A DNA stretch of 64,000 nucleotides, from the IMG/VR virus record IMGVR_UViG_3300037255_000025, positions 96,001 to 160,000 of that record. One strand, written 5' to 3'. The position numbers were made by a program, and so were the translations under genes. This DNA comes from a virus. Lineage: Duplodnaviria; Caudoviricetes. This document shows positions 46,970 to 56,214 of the stretch, in pieces; within the stretch, counting starts at the first letter, position 1, and every line of letters begins with the position of its first letter. The notes under the pieces are model-generated. The model was not told where the DNA came from, searched no databases, and was given only the letters and a program-made list of their open reading frames with translations.

Positions 46970-49783
46970 TTAGTCGGGCGAGATCACGCGCGCTCCGACG
47001 GAGCCCGCCTGGATCGCGTGTTGAATCGCGCACTGGCGCGCGAAGCACATCGCGGCGATGCGGTCGGGTGTGTGGGCCGCGGGGTCGTAGCTGAACAGGT
47101 TCGACAGCCACTCGCTGGTCTCGCGGTCGCGCTGCTTGCCGTCGTGACCCGTGGGGATGATCCACTTCTTGTTCATCATCTCGACCGCCACGGCCTCGAC
47201 GACGAATTCGAGTGACGGGTTGACGCCCGAGCCGGTCCGGTAGGGCACGACCGTGATGGCGCTGCGTCGGCTTAGCATGTCCAACATGCCCAACTGCGCC
47301 CCGACGGACTCGACCATGACGATCGACCCGAAGCGCTCGGCCGCGCTCTCGACCTTCGCGATCGTGTCGGGGCTGGTCCACCGGCCCGCCTCGACCTCGA
47401 GCACCCGCCGGTCCCCGTTGGGCATGACCGCGATCGTGAAGATGCATGATAGGTCCGCCGCCGCCTTCTTGGAGAACGCCAAGTCCACGCCCGTGTAGAT
47501 CCCGATGCGGTCCAGCGGACCCTCGGCGTGGTCCCCGAGGAGCCGCGCCGACTCAGCGGCAAGCTGCTGGTCGGCCCAGTCAGGGTGTCGCTCGAGCAGC
47601 TCATCGAACAGGTCCCCGGCCGAGTGACACGGGCGCAACCCCTCACCGCGCGCGCAACAAGCGTCCACCCACTCGCGCTTGAACCGCAAGCTCTCGTCGT
47701 CGCGCGCCTGGCACAACAGGGCCCGCGCGAACTCGAACGGCCCCATGTCCATGCGCTTCTGCTCGATGCGCTTCGGGGTCCACCGCTCGGGCCAGGCGAC
47801 GACGCCCTGCTCGTCGTAAACCGGGAACCGGTACAACGCGAAACCCGGCTTCTTGGAAAGCCGGTGAACGAGGTCGTCCGGGTGCCAAGCGTTACTGAGT
47901 ACAACCACGCGGGCCGAGCCCGTGAGCCGGCCCATCAGGGTCGCCTGCACCCAGTTCCATAGGTGGTCGCGCGGGGTCTGGGTCCGGGTGTTCTCCGAAT
48001 CCAACACGTCGTCCAGGATCAGGTCGTCGATGCGGGCGCCGTGGATGTTGCCGAAGATGCCCGTGGCCTGGACGCTCGGGTCCTTCGCGAACACGGTCCG
48101 CTCGACCGTGAGCTGGTGCAGGTTGAACGGCATCCGGACGTCCTTGGACCGGACGAGGTTCGGGAAGACCTCGTGTAGCTCGTCGGACTGCTGAATGTAC
48201 TGCCCGATGCTCCGGACGATCTTCTGGGCGAGCTGGCTCGTCTTGGTGACGATGACGACGCGGCGGTTGGGGTTGCGCCCCAGGTTCCACAGCGTCCGAC
48301 CCACGGACATCTGCACGGTGTTGTGCGTGACGATGTAGTCGCGGCCCGCAACGTACGTGCAGTCCGGCGAGGCCTCCGGGTCTACCGCGATGCAGCGCAT
48401 CGGCACCGTGTCGACCCGGTCGATCGCTACAACGCACCGATACGTCACGCGCGCGCCCCGCGCCGAGACCTCGCCGGTCTCGTGCATCGCTCGCTTCCGC
48501 GGAGACCAAAAGACGGGGTCGTGACTCGTGAAGCACACGCGCCAATTGGGCCCCATGTCCTGCCCGTTGAGCGTCGCCCGCTCCGTCGCGATGGTCGCCT
48601 TGATCCCGAGAGACCGCGCTAGCTCCAACACCGAGACGGCCAAGCGCTGCGTCGTGCTCGAGAATTCTACCCGTGCGCCTGCCGCCGACCCGTCGGTGTC
48701 GAGTAGTCCCGCGAGCAAGTCGCGCCGCTGCTCGACGGACCCGATGAGGTAGTCGGCCGGAACGTGCTTGTCCTCGAGCACGCCAACCTGCCGAAGCTTG
48801 TCCCGAAGACCCAACGCCCTAACGCCGCGCCGCCCGCCGCCGATCGTCACCGTTACCGCGTTCGAACCCCTCTTGTCGTACGGCCAAACGCTCACCGGCG
48901 GGAGCCCCAGAAGCTCGTGACACCGGTCGGCCACCGCGCGGTCCTCACCGTTGAACGTGACCGTAGCCTTGCCGACGGACCCGTTCCCAAGCCAGACCCC
49001 CAACACGTAAGGCGGCACCAGGTACGCGCGCGCCGGGTATTCCACCGGCGCCGTCAGCGGGATCCTCCAGTTGTAGAGGTCGTACCGCGACCCGTCGGCG
49101 CGTTTAGCCCCAGACCGCCGCGTCAAGCCCGCGTCGATCATTTCCTGCGTTGTCACGACGCGCCAACCGTCCTCCGAGAGTTCAGCTCGACTCGCGGCTT
49201 TGCGACGTGCCGCGCTCGCGGCCAAGCCATCGAGGAAAGCCTGCGACGGCGGCCGCTTCAGCTTACTCGGATCAGTGCGACGAGGTCGCTGTACCCGGCC
49301 GGTCTTTTCCGACGAGAGCCGGCCGACATCCGCCAAGTTGCGTGCGACCCAGCGGTGCTCGTCCGACGCCACGATCGAGGCCCCGTCGTCAAACGTGAGC
49401 CGGTAGGTGACGTGGTCTAGCTCGACGGGGCCCGCCCACGTCACGCGACACGCGCGGCCGTTGCGCCCGAAGACGACGTCGCCCGCAGCGAGGTCCCCCA
49501 TGGTCCGCCAACCACCCGGCGTCGGGACCGGCGTGTCGACCGCGAGGTGCTTCCCGCTCTCAATCGCCGCAAGTATGAGTAATCGTTCATGTTTATCGAG
49601 AAGACCATGCCACGCGACGTGCTGCGGCGCGTTCGTGATGCGCTTGCCCGTCGACTCGTCGCGCAAGACGAACTGGTTGAACGCGACCGCGTTCGTCCGG
49701 GCCCGGACCGCAAGATTGCGCAGGACCTGATGGCCGACCGCGCTGTCGCGCGCGACCACGTGTTCTTCGGGCCAGTCAGCCAC
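46970..49783 (-). CDS. terL: terminase large subunit containing an intein
   Basis: AAIESGK/T Walker A split by the intein; GARIDDLILDDV Walker B; NAWHPDDL; WPERW; GVDLA, MVES, HTPDR nuclease domain. Confidence 0.92.
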   Translation of the reverse strand: MADWPEEHVVARDSAVGHQVLRNLAVRARTNAVAFNQFVLRDESTGKRITNAPQHVAWHGLLDKHERLLILAAIESGKHLAVDTPVPTPGGWRTMGDLAAGDVVFGRNGRACRVTWAGPVELDHVTYRLTFDDGASIVASDEHRWVARNLADVGRLSSEKTGRVQRPRRTDPSKLKRPPSQAFLDGLAASAARRKAASRAELSEDGWRVVTTQEMIDAGLTRRSGAKRADGSRYDLYNWRIPLTAPVEYPARAYLVPPYVLGVWLGNGSVGKATVTFNGEDRAVADRCHELLGLPPVSVWPYDKRGSNAVTVTIGGGRRGVRALGLRDKLRQVGVLEDKHVPADYLIGSVEQRRDLLAGLLDTDGSAAGARVEFSSTTQRLAVSVLELARSLGIKATIATERATLNGQDMGPNWRVCFTSHDPVFWSPRKRAMHETGEVSARGARVTYRCVVAIDRVDTVPMRCIAVDPEASPDCTYVAGRDYIVTHNTVQMSVGRTLWNLGRNPNRRVVIVTKTSQLAQKIVRSIGQYIQQSDELHEVFPNLVRSKDVRMPFNLHQLTVERTVFAKDPSVQATGIFGNIHGARIDDLILDDVLDSENTRTQTPRDHLWNWVQATLMGRLTGSARVVVLSNAWHPDDLVHRLSKKPGFALYRFPVYDEQGVVAWPERWTPKRIEQKRMDMGPFEFARALLCQARDDESLRFKREWVDACCARGEGLRPCHSAGDLFDELLERHPDWADQQLAAESARLLGDHAEGPLDRIGIYTGVDLAFSKKAAADLSCIFTIAVMPNGDRRVLEVEAGRWTSPDTIAKVESAAERFGSIVMVESVGAQLGMLDMLSRRSAITVVPYRTGSGVNPSLEFVVEAVAVEMMNKKWIIPTGHDGKQRDRETSEWLSNLFSYDPAAHTPDRIAAMCFARQCAIQHAIQAGSVGARVISPD
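48320..49549 (-). mobile_element. class 3 intein with LAGLIDADG homing endonuclease (410 aa)
   Basis: HLAVDTPVPTP block A; EHRW block B; MRCIAV block F; IVTHN/T block G; LGVWLGNG and LLAGLLDTDG. Confidence 0.9.
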
Positions 49784-50615
49784 GGAGCCTCCGCAGGACC
49801 TCGGCGGCGGCCCACCAAGCAAGCACACCGCCCACGCGGCCCCCGCCGGTCGCGACCACGATACCGGGCGACGCCTCTCGCACGGTGGGCTCGGGCAGGA
49901 CAGGGCGCATCCCCCAGATTGAACCACGATCCTCAAGCGTGCCCACAGCTTCTTGGAGCGGACCCAACGCCCGCACGCGCATTTTCTCTGTGTAGTCGTG
50001 CGCGCGCGATGGATCGCGCTCCAAAGTCTCGCCAAGCCGCACGACACCCAACCCCCACGAACGCGCCGCGTAGGCAAAGTACGACGTCACCGGGACCAGC
50101 ATCGTCCGTGCGGGCGTTCGCTCCGCCTTGAACAAGAGACCGCGCCCGCCGAGCGCCTCGACGCCCACGAGGGCAAGCCCGCTTGCGTTCAGAATCTGGT
50201 CCGTCCAGACGCCCGCGGCGAGCACAACAAGCCCGCCCTCGACAACGTCGCCCCCCTGGAGGTGTACGCGGCCGCGCTCGACGCGCGTGACCTTCCCCGC
50301 AGCCCGCTCTGCGTAGAGCGCCAAAACGTCCTCGGGCCAGAACGTCGCCCAGTCCAACCGTGCCTTGCGTCCGACGACATCGGCACCGTCGAAGTCAAAA
50401 ACAGCCCCGTGTTGCCGTCCGAGCGACTCGGCTGCGCGCGCTCGCTCGGCCCAAAGGCCCTTGTACCAAGAGCGCGCGTAATAGCCGCTCGCCGCTCGTG
50501 AGGCCGCGCTGGGCTCCGCCGAGTCGATCAAGGTAACAGACGCGCCTGCGTCGGCCGCGACCCGCGCGATAGCGGTCCCCCAGAAGCCGCCGCCCACCAC
50601 GACGAGGTCCTTCAA
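49776..50615 (-). CDS. FAD-dependent oxidoreductase (DAO/glycine oxidase-like)
   Basis: VVVGGGFWG, ASRAASG, VVLAAGVW, WGMRP, ATGG. Confidence 0.85.
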   Translation of the reverse strand: MKDLVVVGGGFWGTAIARVAADAGASVTLIDSAEPSAASRAASGYYARSWYKGLWAERARAAESLGRQHGAVFDFDGADVVGRKARLDWATFWPEDVLALYAERAAGKVTRVERGRVHLQGGDVVEGGLVVLAAGVWTDQILNASGLALVGVEALGGRGLLFKAERTPARTMLVPVTSYFAYAARSWGLGVVRLGETLERDPSRAHDYTEKMRVRALGPLQEAVGTLEDRGSIWGMRPVLPEPTVREASPGIVVATGGGRVGGVLAWWAAAEVLRRLRG

Positions 50616-51505
50616 AGCCCCACCAGCCTTCCGGTGTCCCGATAGACCGACTTCAGCACGGGCCGGACGCCAGACCAGCCCATCGCCTCGCCGCGGTAAC
50701 GGGCGGGGAACGAAGCGGCGCGCGCAGCCCACCATACGGGGCCCAGGTTGTCGCGTACCAGCGTCTCTTGCTGTTCGTCGATGTCCTTGCCCAGGTAGTA
50801 ATTCCCGCGGCACAGGCTGTTGTAATCGCACAACGCGGTCTCAAGCTGATCGAGCGCGTTGAGCCCCGCGCCGCCGTCTTGGGCGCGCTTGAGCAAGTCG
50901 TGCTGGCGCTGCGGGTCGCAGCACTCCTGCCAGGTCATGCCCGTGAGCCGCACCATCCCGGGGATCGGCCCCGCGGTCTCGCCCAACTTTGAGCCGATGT
51001 CGGGCGCCGTGATGGGCAGCCCGTGAACCGACTTCAACAAGTCGGCCCACTTGTAGCTCGCCCAAGGTCCCGCGTTCGGTACCGCCTCCAGCGCCGTCCG
51101 GACCTTCACCCAGCCCTCTTCCGGCGAGCCGCCCCGGGCGAGACCCGAGACCCAACCGTCGAGCGTCGCGGTGCCCACGGCTTCGAGTACCCCGTTGAGG
51201 AACGCCGCGGCTTTGGCTCGGCCAGCGTCGCCCCGGACGCCTCGACGCTCGATGCCGGTGGGCAACACCGGAAGCCGCGCAGGATCTATGGGCTCCGGAA
51301 CGGGGTACACGAGCCCGACTTTTGCGGCGCTTCCGAGCGAGTACCAGGCCAAGTACAGGAGCGTCCGCCAAAGGCGGTCGGACTCCGGAAGATGCTGGTA
51401 GACGCGCGCCAACACGGGGTACGTCGGGTCCAGGTCACCCGACTCGACCTGCCCGCGGGAGAACCGGCAAAAGTCTCGGAACGAGTCGCGCCCGTGCAGC
51501 GTCAT
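50612..51505 (-). CDS. amino acid:DNA transferase (aGPT-PPlase2/AADT, HhH glycosylase fold)
   Basis: DLDPTY, ERRG, GPWASYKWAD, LETALCDY, G.YY.G.DI.E. Confidence 0.8.
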   Translation of the reverse strand: MTLHGRDSFRDFCRFSRGQVESGDLDPTYPVLARVYQHLPESDRLWRTLLYLAWYSLGSAAKVGLVYPVPEPIDPARLPVLPTGIERRGVRGDAGRAKAAAFLNGVLEAVGTATLDGWVSGLARGGSPEEGWVKVRTALEAVPNAGPWASYKWADLLKSVHGLPITAPDIGSKLGETAGPIPGMVRLTGMTWQECCDPQRQHDLLKRAQDGGAGLNALDQLETALCDYNSLCRGNYYLGKDIDEQQETLVRDNLGPVWWAARAASFPARYRGEAMGWSGVRPVLKSVYRDTGRLVGL

Positions 51506-51942
51506 GGGAACAGGTAGCAGCACAGGGCTCGGCGCTGATCGCTCTTGGCTCGCGCGCGCCCCATCAAGACGCCCCCGAGGCTGACGTAGAACGCGTTGCT
51601 CGCTAGGTTGGTGGCGTCGGTCTTGAGTTCAAGAGGTCGAGGCATAGAACCCACCAAGGCACGCGCGAACCCTTGACGCCGCGCCGCGGGCAGGACTCCA
51701 ATCTCGCCCAGGACCGCGACGCCGTCGCGCGCCCGGACTCTGTAATGGGCGAACGCCGCACCCTCGACACCCACCCAGTGCTCGCGTGCGACCTTGTGGG
51801 GCGTCGACGTGCGCGCTTTCTGATAAACGTACCAGGCGCGCGCCCCCACGACGAACCAGGACCCGATGTCCGCCTCGACCGAGGTCCAGACACGCTTGAG
51901 CCACTCGGTGTCGGTGGGCTCGAGCCCACGAACAACCGTCAC
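51502..51942 (-). CDS. GNAT acetyltransferase
   Basis: IGVLPAARRQGFARAL; N..SNAFY..LG. Confidence 0.85.
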   Translation of the reverse strand: MTVVRGLEPTDTEWLKRVWTSVEADIGSWFVVGARAWYVYQKARTSTPHKVAREHWVGVEGAAFAHYRVRARDGVAVLGEIGVLPAARRQGFARALVGSMPRPLELKTDATNLASNAFYVSLGGVLMGRARAKSDQRRALCCYLFP

Positions 51943-52892
51943 GCGTCAGACTCCTCTGGCTCAACAACCTGGGGCTCGTCCTCCTCGTCCTCTTCGAGCG
52001 GCCCGCCGAGGGCCCCACGGAGGTTCTTCGCGCGCTCCCGCTCCTCCGCAGGGCTCAGGCAATCGAGCATGCCAGTGCGGAAGTAGAAAACTACCGAAAT
52101 CCGCTCGTGGCCCCCGTGGTCTGGGTCGCCCGCGGGGCCGACGGCGCCGTGTATGGGCGTGTTGCCGTGGACCTCGTGCGGGTCGAACGCGATGACGTCA
52201 CGGTCCTGGAGATCCACCGCGACGCCGAAGCGCGGGAATACCAATTCGCCCCCGCGATAGCTACCCTGACGCAAGACGCTGATGATGCCGAACCCCTCGG
52301 GTAGGTCGCCTGCGTCGCGATGGCAACCGCCAGCGAAGGTGTTGTTGACCGTGAGGGTCGTGAAGGGCGTGCCGGGGACCACGTACGCCGGGTGCGTCTT
52401 GGCGGCCGCCACCATTTGAGCCGCGTACCGGTCCGGCGCGACCGACTCGAACACCCGCGCGACCTGCTGGACGTATGGAAAGCACGCGGCCCACTCTTCC
52501 GGCCGCTCCATCGAGGCCGCGCAGGCCCGACAGTACGGGATGCGCGCGTAGCGGTCCGACGAGCCTACGACGGCCGACGCTACAGGTTGACCACCAATGT
52601 TCGTGCGAGAAAGCTGGCCCGACGCCAAGACACGCTTGTTGCGACCAGAGGCGCCGAAGTGCCCACGGTTGTTGGTCTTGCGGTTGCGAAGCCAGTGAAG
52701 GAACGGGTAAGCGGCGTCCGCGGCCTCGCGGTTCACGGCGGCGCGCCGGAGCGTCAACAGGCGCTCGCCTGACGGCTTGTAGACCGTGCAGTCGCCCTCG
52801 GCCTTCAGGACGATGTCCTGGGGCAGCATCCGGCGCCCCAGCATGGCCTCAACCTCTGCTGCGGGCCGCTGCCCTCTGAGCTGTACGATCAC
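51939..52892 (-). CDS. TET/JBP-family 2OG-Fe(II) dioxygenase
   Basis: TPFTTLTVN, HRDAGD (HxD), GG.LVFP, HGNTPI, RISVVFYFR. Confidence 0.85.
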   Translation of the reverse strand: MIVQLRGQRPAAEVEAMLGRRMLPQDIVLKAEGDCTVYKPSGERLLTLRRAAVNREAADAAYPFLHWLRNRKTNNRGHFGASGRNKRVLASGQLSRTNIGGQPVASAVVGSSDRYARIPYCRACAASMERPEEWAACFPYVQQVARVFESVAPDRYAAQMVAAAKTHPAYVVPGTPFTTLTVNNTFAGGCHRDAGDLPEGFGIISVLRQGSYRGGELVFPRFGVAVDLQDRDVIAFDPHEVHGNTPIHGAVGPAGDPDHGGHERISVVFYFRTGMLDCLSPAEERERAKNLRGALGGPLEEDEEDEPQVVEPEESDA

Positions 52893-53632
52893 GCTTCCCC
52901 GGGGAGCCCCGCGACAGCCTGCGCAACCGCGGCCAACACGGCCTCCGTGACGTTCGGCGTACCCCAGGCGGCGTTGAGCCGCTGGCATTCCGCCAAGAAC
53001 TTCGGCTGCGTCGTCGAATCCAGGTAGAGCTGCACCATGCGAGTCTGCGCCACCCCCGCGTCAGGCGTGTCGCTACCCTGGTGGAGGTTCTGCCTCGGCT
53101 CGTCTTGCTCGCCCAGCGCAGGGTTTTCACCGTCACCGACGGTCGACACCTCCATGGGCGCGACCGCCAGCATCTTCATCAGCTCCTCCTCACCGAAGCC
53201 GAGGTCGATCGCGCTCAGGGCCTCGCCCCCTTGGTCAAGGCCGCGCAGCAAGTCCTCCAGCTTCGTCGGGTCCCACTGGCCACGCTTCTGGTTCATCTTG
53301 ACCGTGAGCTTCTTGGCCTCGGCCTCGGTCAAGCCGTTCAGGAAGACCATCGGACCGGACTTCAGCCCCAACTCGGTCGCGGCAGCCCAACGGTGCTCCC
53401 CGTCTACAATCAGGTCACGCTTCGCCCCGGTCTCGTCCGTCCCCCAGACAAGCAGCGCCTGGGACGCGAGCCAGCCGTCCTCGAGCAGGCCGTGCTTCAG
53501 GCTCTCGGCCTGGGCGGGCGTCATGACGTTCGGATTGTACCCGTTGGGCTTGACGCTCTTGAGGGGTCGCATCACGACCTCGCCCACGACCCGGGCCTTC
53601 TTCTCCACCGCGGGCTCTTGCTCGACGCTCAT
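52889..53632 (-). CDS. ParB/Srx N-terminal-domain protein
   Basis: KPNGYNPN, IVDGEHRW, MNQKRG. Confidence 0.8.
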   Translation of the reverse strand: MSVEQEPAVEKKARVVGEVVMRPLKSVKPNGYNPNVMTPAQAESLKHGLLEDGWLASQALLVWGTDETGAKRDLIVDGEHRWAAATELGLKSGPMVFLNGLTEAEAKKLTVKMNQKRGQWDPTKLEDLLRGLDQGGEALSAIDLGFGEEELMKMLAVAPMEVSTVGDGENPALGEQDEPRQNLHQGSDTPDAGVAQTRMVQLYLDSTTQPKFLAECQRLNAAWGTPNVTEAVLAAVAQAVAGLPGEA

Positions 53633-53647
53633 GCCCGCACTGTCTCA

Positions 53648-53760
53648 GAGACGTCTCAAACTTGCAACGTTCTCCGGGGGGTTCAGCAAGCTGATACCCG
53701 GTTCGGTTCCTGCCCAACCAGAGGTTTCGTACCACGCTTACGCGCAGCACCAGAGCCGCC
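53648..53760 (-). ncRNA. orphan TnpB reRNA-like scaffold with its own guide
   Basis: Near-identical to 17911-18009 with compensatory hairpin changes; ends GGAGAACG; no tnpB adjacent. Confidence 0.65.
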
Positions 53761-53929
53761 CCGGTACCGCCGCCCTGGCTTCCGCCTCTGTATTGAATAC
53801 CCAGGCGAACTCAACCAACGGCGTGAACGAACGCGCGGCCGTGAGATCGCTGTTGCGTAGGTAGTAGTAGTACCCTGGCTTCTGTTCCGGACGACCTAGT
53901 TCACCCGCTCTGTATCGGACGACCCACAC
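53738..53929 (-). pseudogene. small paralog family member 13, C-terminus replaced by the reRNA sequence
   Basis: VWVVR..YYYYL..AWVFNTEAEA then RLWCCA* read from the reRNA. Confidence 0.55.
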
Positions 53930-53937
53930 GGGGGCGG

Positions 53938-54693
53938 CTACTTGGAGCAGAGCGCGGGCGAGAACAACTTCCCCGGCCACTGCACGGCGAAGCCCGCTCG
54001 GGCGTCTCGGACACGCGCCTCGGCCGCGACGATGTCGTCGCCCGCTTCCTTGACCTCGTAGAGGTTGACGACGCCGAAGCGCGCGCCGTTCGCCCGGATG
54101 TGCGCGAGCCGGGCCTGCTGATACCGGAGGTTCGCGAGGGCGTCGCAAGTCGCACGCGCGTCGTTCGCGATATGCTCGGCCGTCCTTCGGACCATGCAAG
54201 CCCGGTCGGGTCGGCACGCCCGCTCCTCCACCAGGAGCTTCTCGTAAGCGTTGAGCGCCATCGAGAGCTTCACGTCGTCCGGCGGGGCCTCGTCGCACGT
54301 GTCCTTGAACGCGCTCCTCGCCAGGGTGAACCGCTCACGCGCGTCCGCTAGATCCCGCTCGCGCGACTCGATGTCGCCGAAGAACGGGTCGATGCGCGTG
54401 ACGATCTCGACCGACGCCAGCTTGGCCTCAAGCGCCTTTCGGGCCTTCAGGCACTGCATCGCCTGCTGCCCGTCCGCCACGCCCTTGGCCGCCATCGCGA
54501 GGGCCTGCTGGTTGCGCGCGGCCTGTTCGTCACGCATCCGCTGGAAGTTGGCCTCCCGGGCCTGCGCCCGGGCCTCGGGACTCGGGCCGGTTGTGTGCGG
54601 TGCGGGGTTGCGCTGCCCAACCGTGATACCGCCGAAGTCGCAACCTGCGCACGCGAGCAAAACGAAGAAGAGACCTAGCTGTAGCGGTTTCAT
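53938..54693 (-). CDS. putative lipoprotein (coiled coil, Cys pairs)
   Basis: MKPLQLGLFFVLLACAGC lipobox. Confidence 0.7.
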   Translation of the reverse strand: MKPLQLGLFFVLLACAGCDFGGITVGQRNPAPHTTGPSPEARAQAREANFQRMRDEQAARNQQALAMAAKGVADGQQAMQCLKARKALEAKLASVEIVTRIDPFFGDIESRERDLADARERFTLARSAFKDTCDEAPPDDVKLSMALNAYEKLLVEERACRPDRACMVRRTAEHIANDARATCDALANLRYQQARLAHIRANGARFGVVNLYEVKEAGDDIVAAEARVRDARAGFAVQWPGKLFSPALCSK

Positions 54694-55157
54694 CAGACGG
54701 TTCCTTTGTTGGTCGTGACCTTGCGGCGCTGCTGCACCGGGCGCACGGGTTTCGGGTAAGTCATTGACGAGCCGTCCGCGAACCTATCGCGAGCCGTCTT
54801 TGACGGGGTCTGCGAGGGTCGCGCCCAGGAGAACGCCTGGAACAGCACGGACCAGACGTCGTGGTAAACGTCGGCTCGTGCGTGCCCTTGCTTCGAAGCG
54901 ACTGCGTTCTTGAAGTTGTCGTACTTGAGCCCCTCGAGCAGGAACCGCCCGACGAAGGCCGCGAGCGCGTCCCGCTTGACGACGACCCGGAACGGGTAGT
55001 CAGTCACGGCCGACGTCAGGACCTTCGAGGTTTCGAGCCCCGCGCGCCGCAACGCCAGGAGGTCCTCCCGGACGCGGGACCGGACCAACAGCTCATCCGC
55101 CGCCGCGGGCTGCTTGGAGACGACAGAGAAGACACCAATGGGCAAAAAAATCCACAC
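54693..55157 (-). CDS. conserved hypothetical phage protein
   Basis: WIF...G.FSVV..LLVRSR..DL..DYPFR..YDNFK. Confidence 0.65.
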   Translation of the reverse strand: MWIFLPIGVFSVVSKQPAAADELLVRSRVREDLLALRRAGLETSKVLTSAVTDYPFRVVVKRDALAAFVGRFLLEGLKYDNFKNAVASKQGHARADVYHDVWSVLFQAFSWARPSQTPSKTARDRFADGSSMTYPKPVRPVQQRRKVTTNKGTV

Positions 55158-55255
55158 GACGATGCTCAACCTTTCACGTAGCCCCTGGTGCCTCCCAATC
55201 AGCCGCGCGAGCCACCCCAGCGTGAACGCCATCCGCGGTGAGAGGCGCGGCCATG

Positions 55256-55462
55256 TCAGGCGTACCCCGCGTACCGATCCTCGCGGTCGCTGTCCCCGTC
55301 GCACTCGCGGCACAGGCCCACCTCCGGCGCCTCGGAGGCCGTCTCGCGCGTGCCATCGACGAGCACGAATCCGCGCGTGACGGCCTTGCGGCGGGGGTGC
55401 CGCACGCAATGTCTACGGTCCGCCTTGCCGCGCGCGGCCTCGCTCTCCGTGACGCGGATCAC
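55256..55462 (-). CDS. small zinc-finger protein
   Basis: CVRHP...LCREC. Confidence 0.5.
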   Translation of the reverse strand: MIRVTESEAARGKADRRHCVRHPRRKAVTRGFVLVDGTRETASEAPEVGLCRECDGDSDREDRYAGYA

Positions 55463-55776
55463 GAGAACACCTTGCCGTCTACGACGTAGACGGCCTCCGG
55501 CTCGACGCCGGGCGGCGCCGCCCCGTCCGGGACGTAGACCCAGACATCAATGGCTGGGTCTAGATACGCGAGGACCAGGCCCGTTCCGTGGATCTCGTTG
55601 AGGGATGCCTCGACGAGATCCTGACTTGGATCTCCCGCCAGGACGGCGGCGTCCTCGCCTCTCATGACGATTCCGCAGGAATCGCCGATGGCCTCCTCCC
55701 GGAGGCGCTGATCTGCTGCGGAGCGCGGCTCCGCGTCGTGGGACGCGACCCACGCGAGCGCTTGGCGGTTCGTCAC
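55459..55776 (-). CDS. hypothetical protein
   Basis: GTGA-coupled ORF. Confidence 0.5.
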   Translation of the reverse strand: MTNRQALAWVASHDAEPRSAADQRLREEAIGDSCGIVMRGEDAAVLAGDPSQDLVEASLNEIHGTGLVLAYLDPAIDVWVYVPDGAAPPGVEPEAVYVVDGKVFS

Positions 55777-56147
55777 GATGTCACCTCCGTGAGAGCAGCG
55801 AGAGCCGCTCTCTTGTCTTTTCTCGTAGTCCCCACGTGTTCCCACATGCCGGAGCCCTCCACTCCGTCGTCGTGGGACAACCGACGGACCCAGCCGTCCA
55901 TGCGCTCCGTGAGCGGCTGCCCGAGCCGGCGCGCGCGCTCCTCACGAGGCAGCGAGAGCCACGCCGCGAGCAGCGCCGTGCGAAGCACCCGGCCCTCCCC
56001 AGGGGGGCCAGCGTACCGCTCGCTGAGGTAGCAGCGAGGGTCACCGCAGTCGCCGCGGTCGATGCCGCAGGCCATGCATTCGTTGCTCTTCGCGATGCAC
56101 GCGCTATGCGCGGGCATCCCATCGACGGTGGTGTCCGGGTCGATCAT
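55773..56147 (-). CDS. hypothetical Cys-rich protein
   Basis: CMAC..CGDPRC; start uncertain. Confidence 0.45.
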   Translation of the reverse strand: MIDPDTTVDGMPAHSACIAKSNECMACGIDRGDCGDPRCYLSERYAGPPGEGRVLRTALLAAWLSLPREERARRLGQPLTERMDGWVRRLSHDDGVEGSGMWEHVGTTRKDKRAALAALTEVTS

Positions 56148-56214
56148 GATCTTATTCGCTTCCTTCTGCGCCTCGGCGCAGCACAACCGGCTGGGGCGAA
56201 ACGACGGACCCGCG

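Noticed and set aside
49784-50077. N-terminal extension of terL in the ORF track
   Set aside because: Overlaps the FAD oxidoreductase; GTG at 49783 with a GGAGG RBS is the better start.
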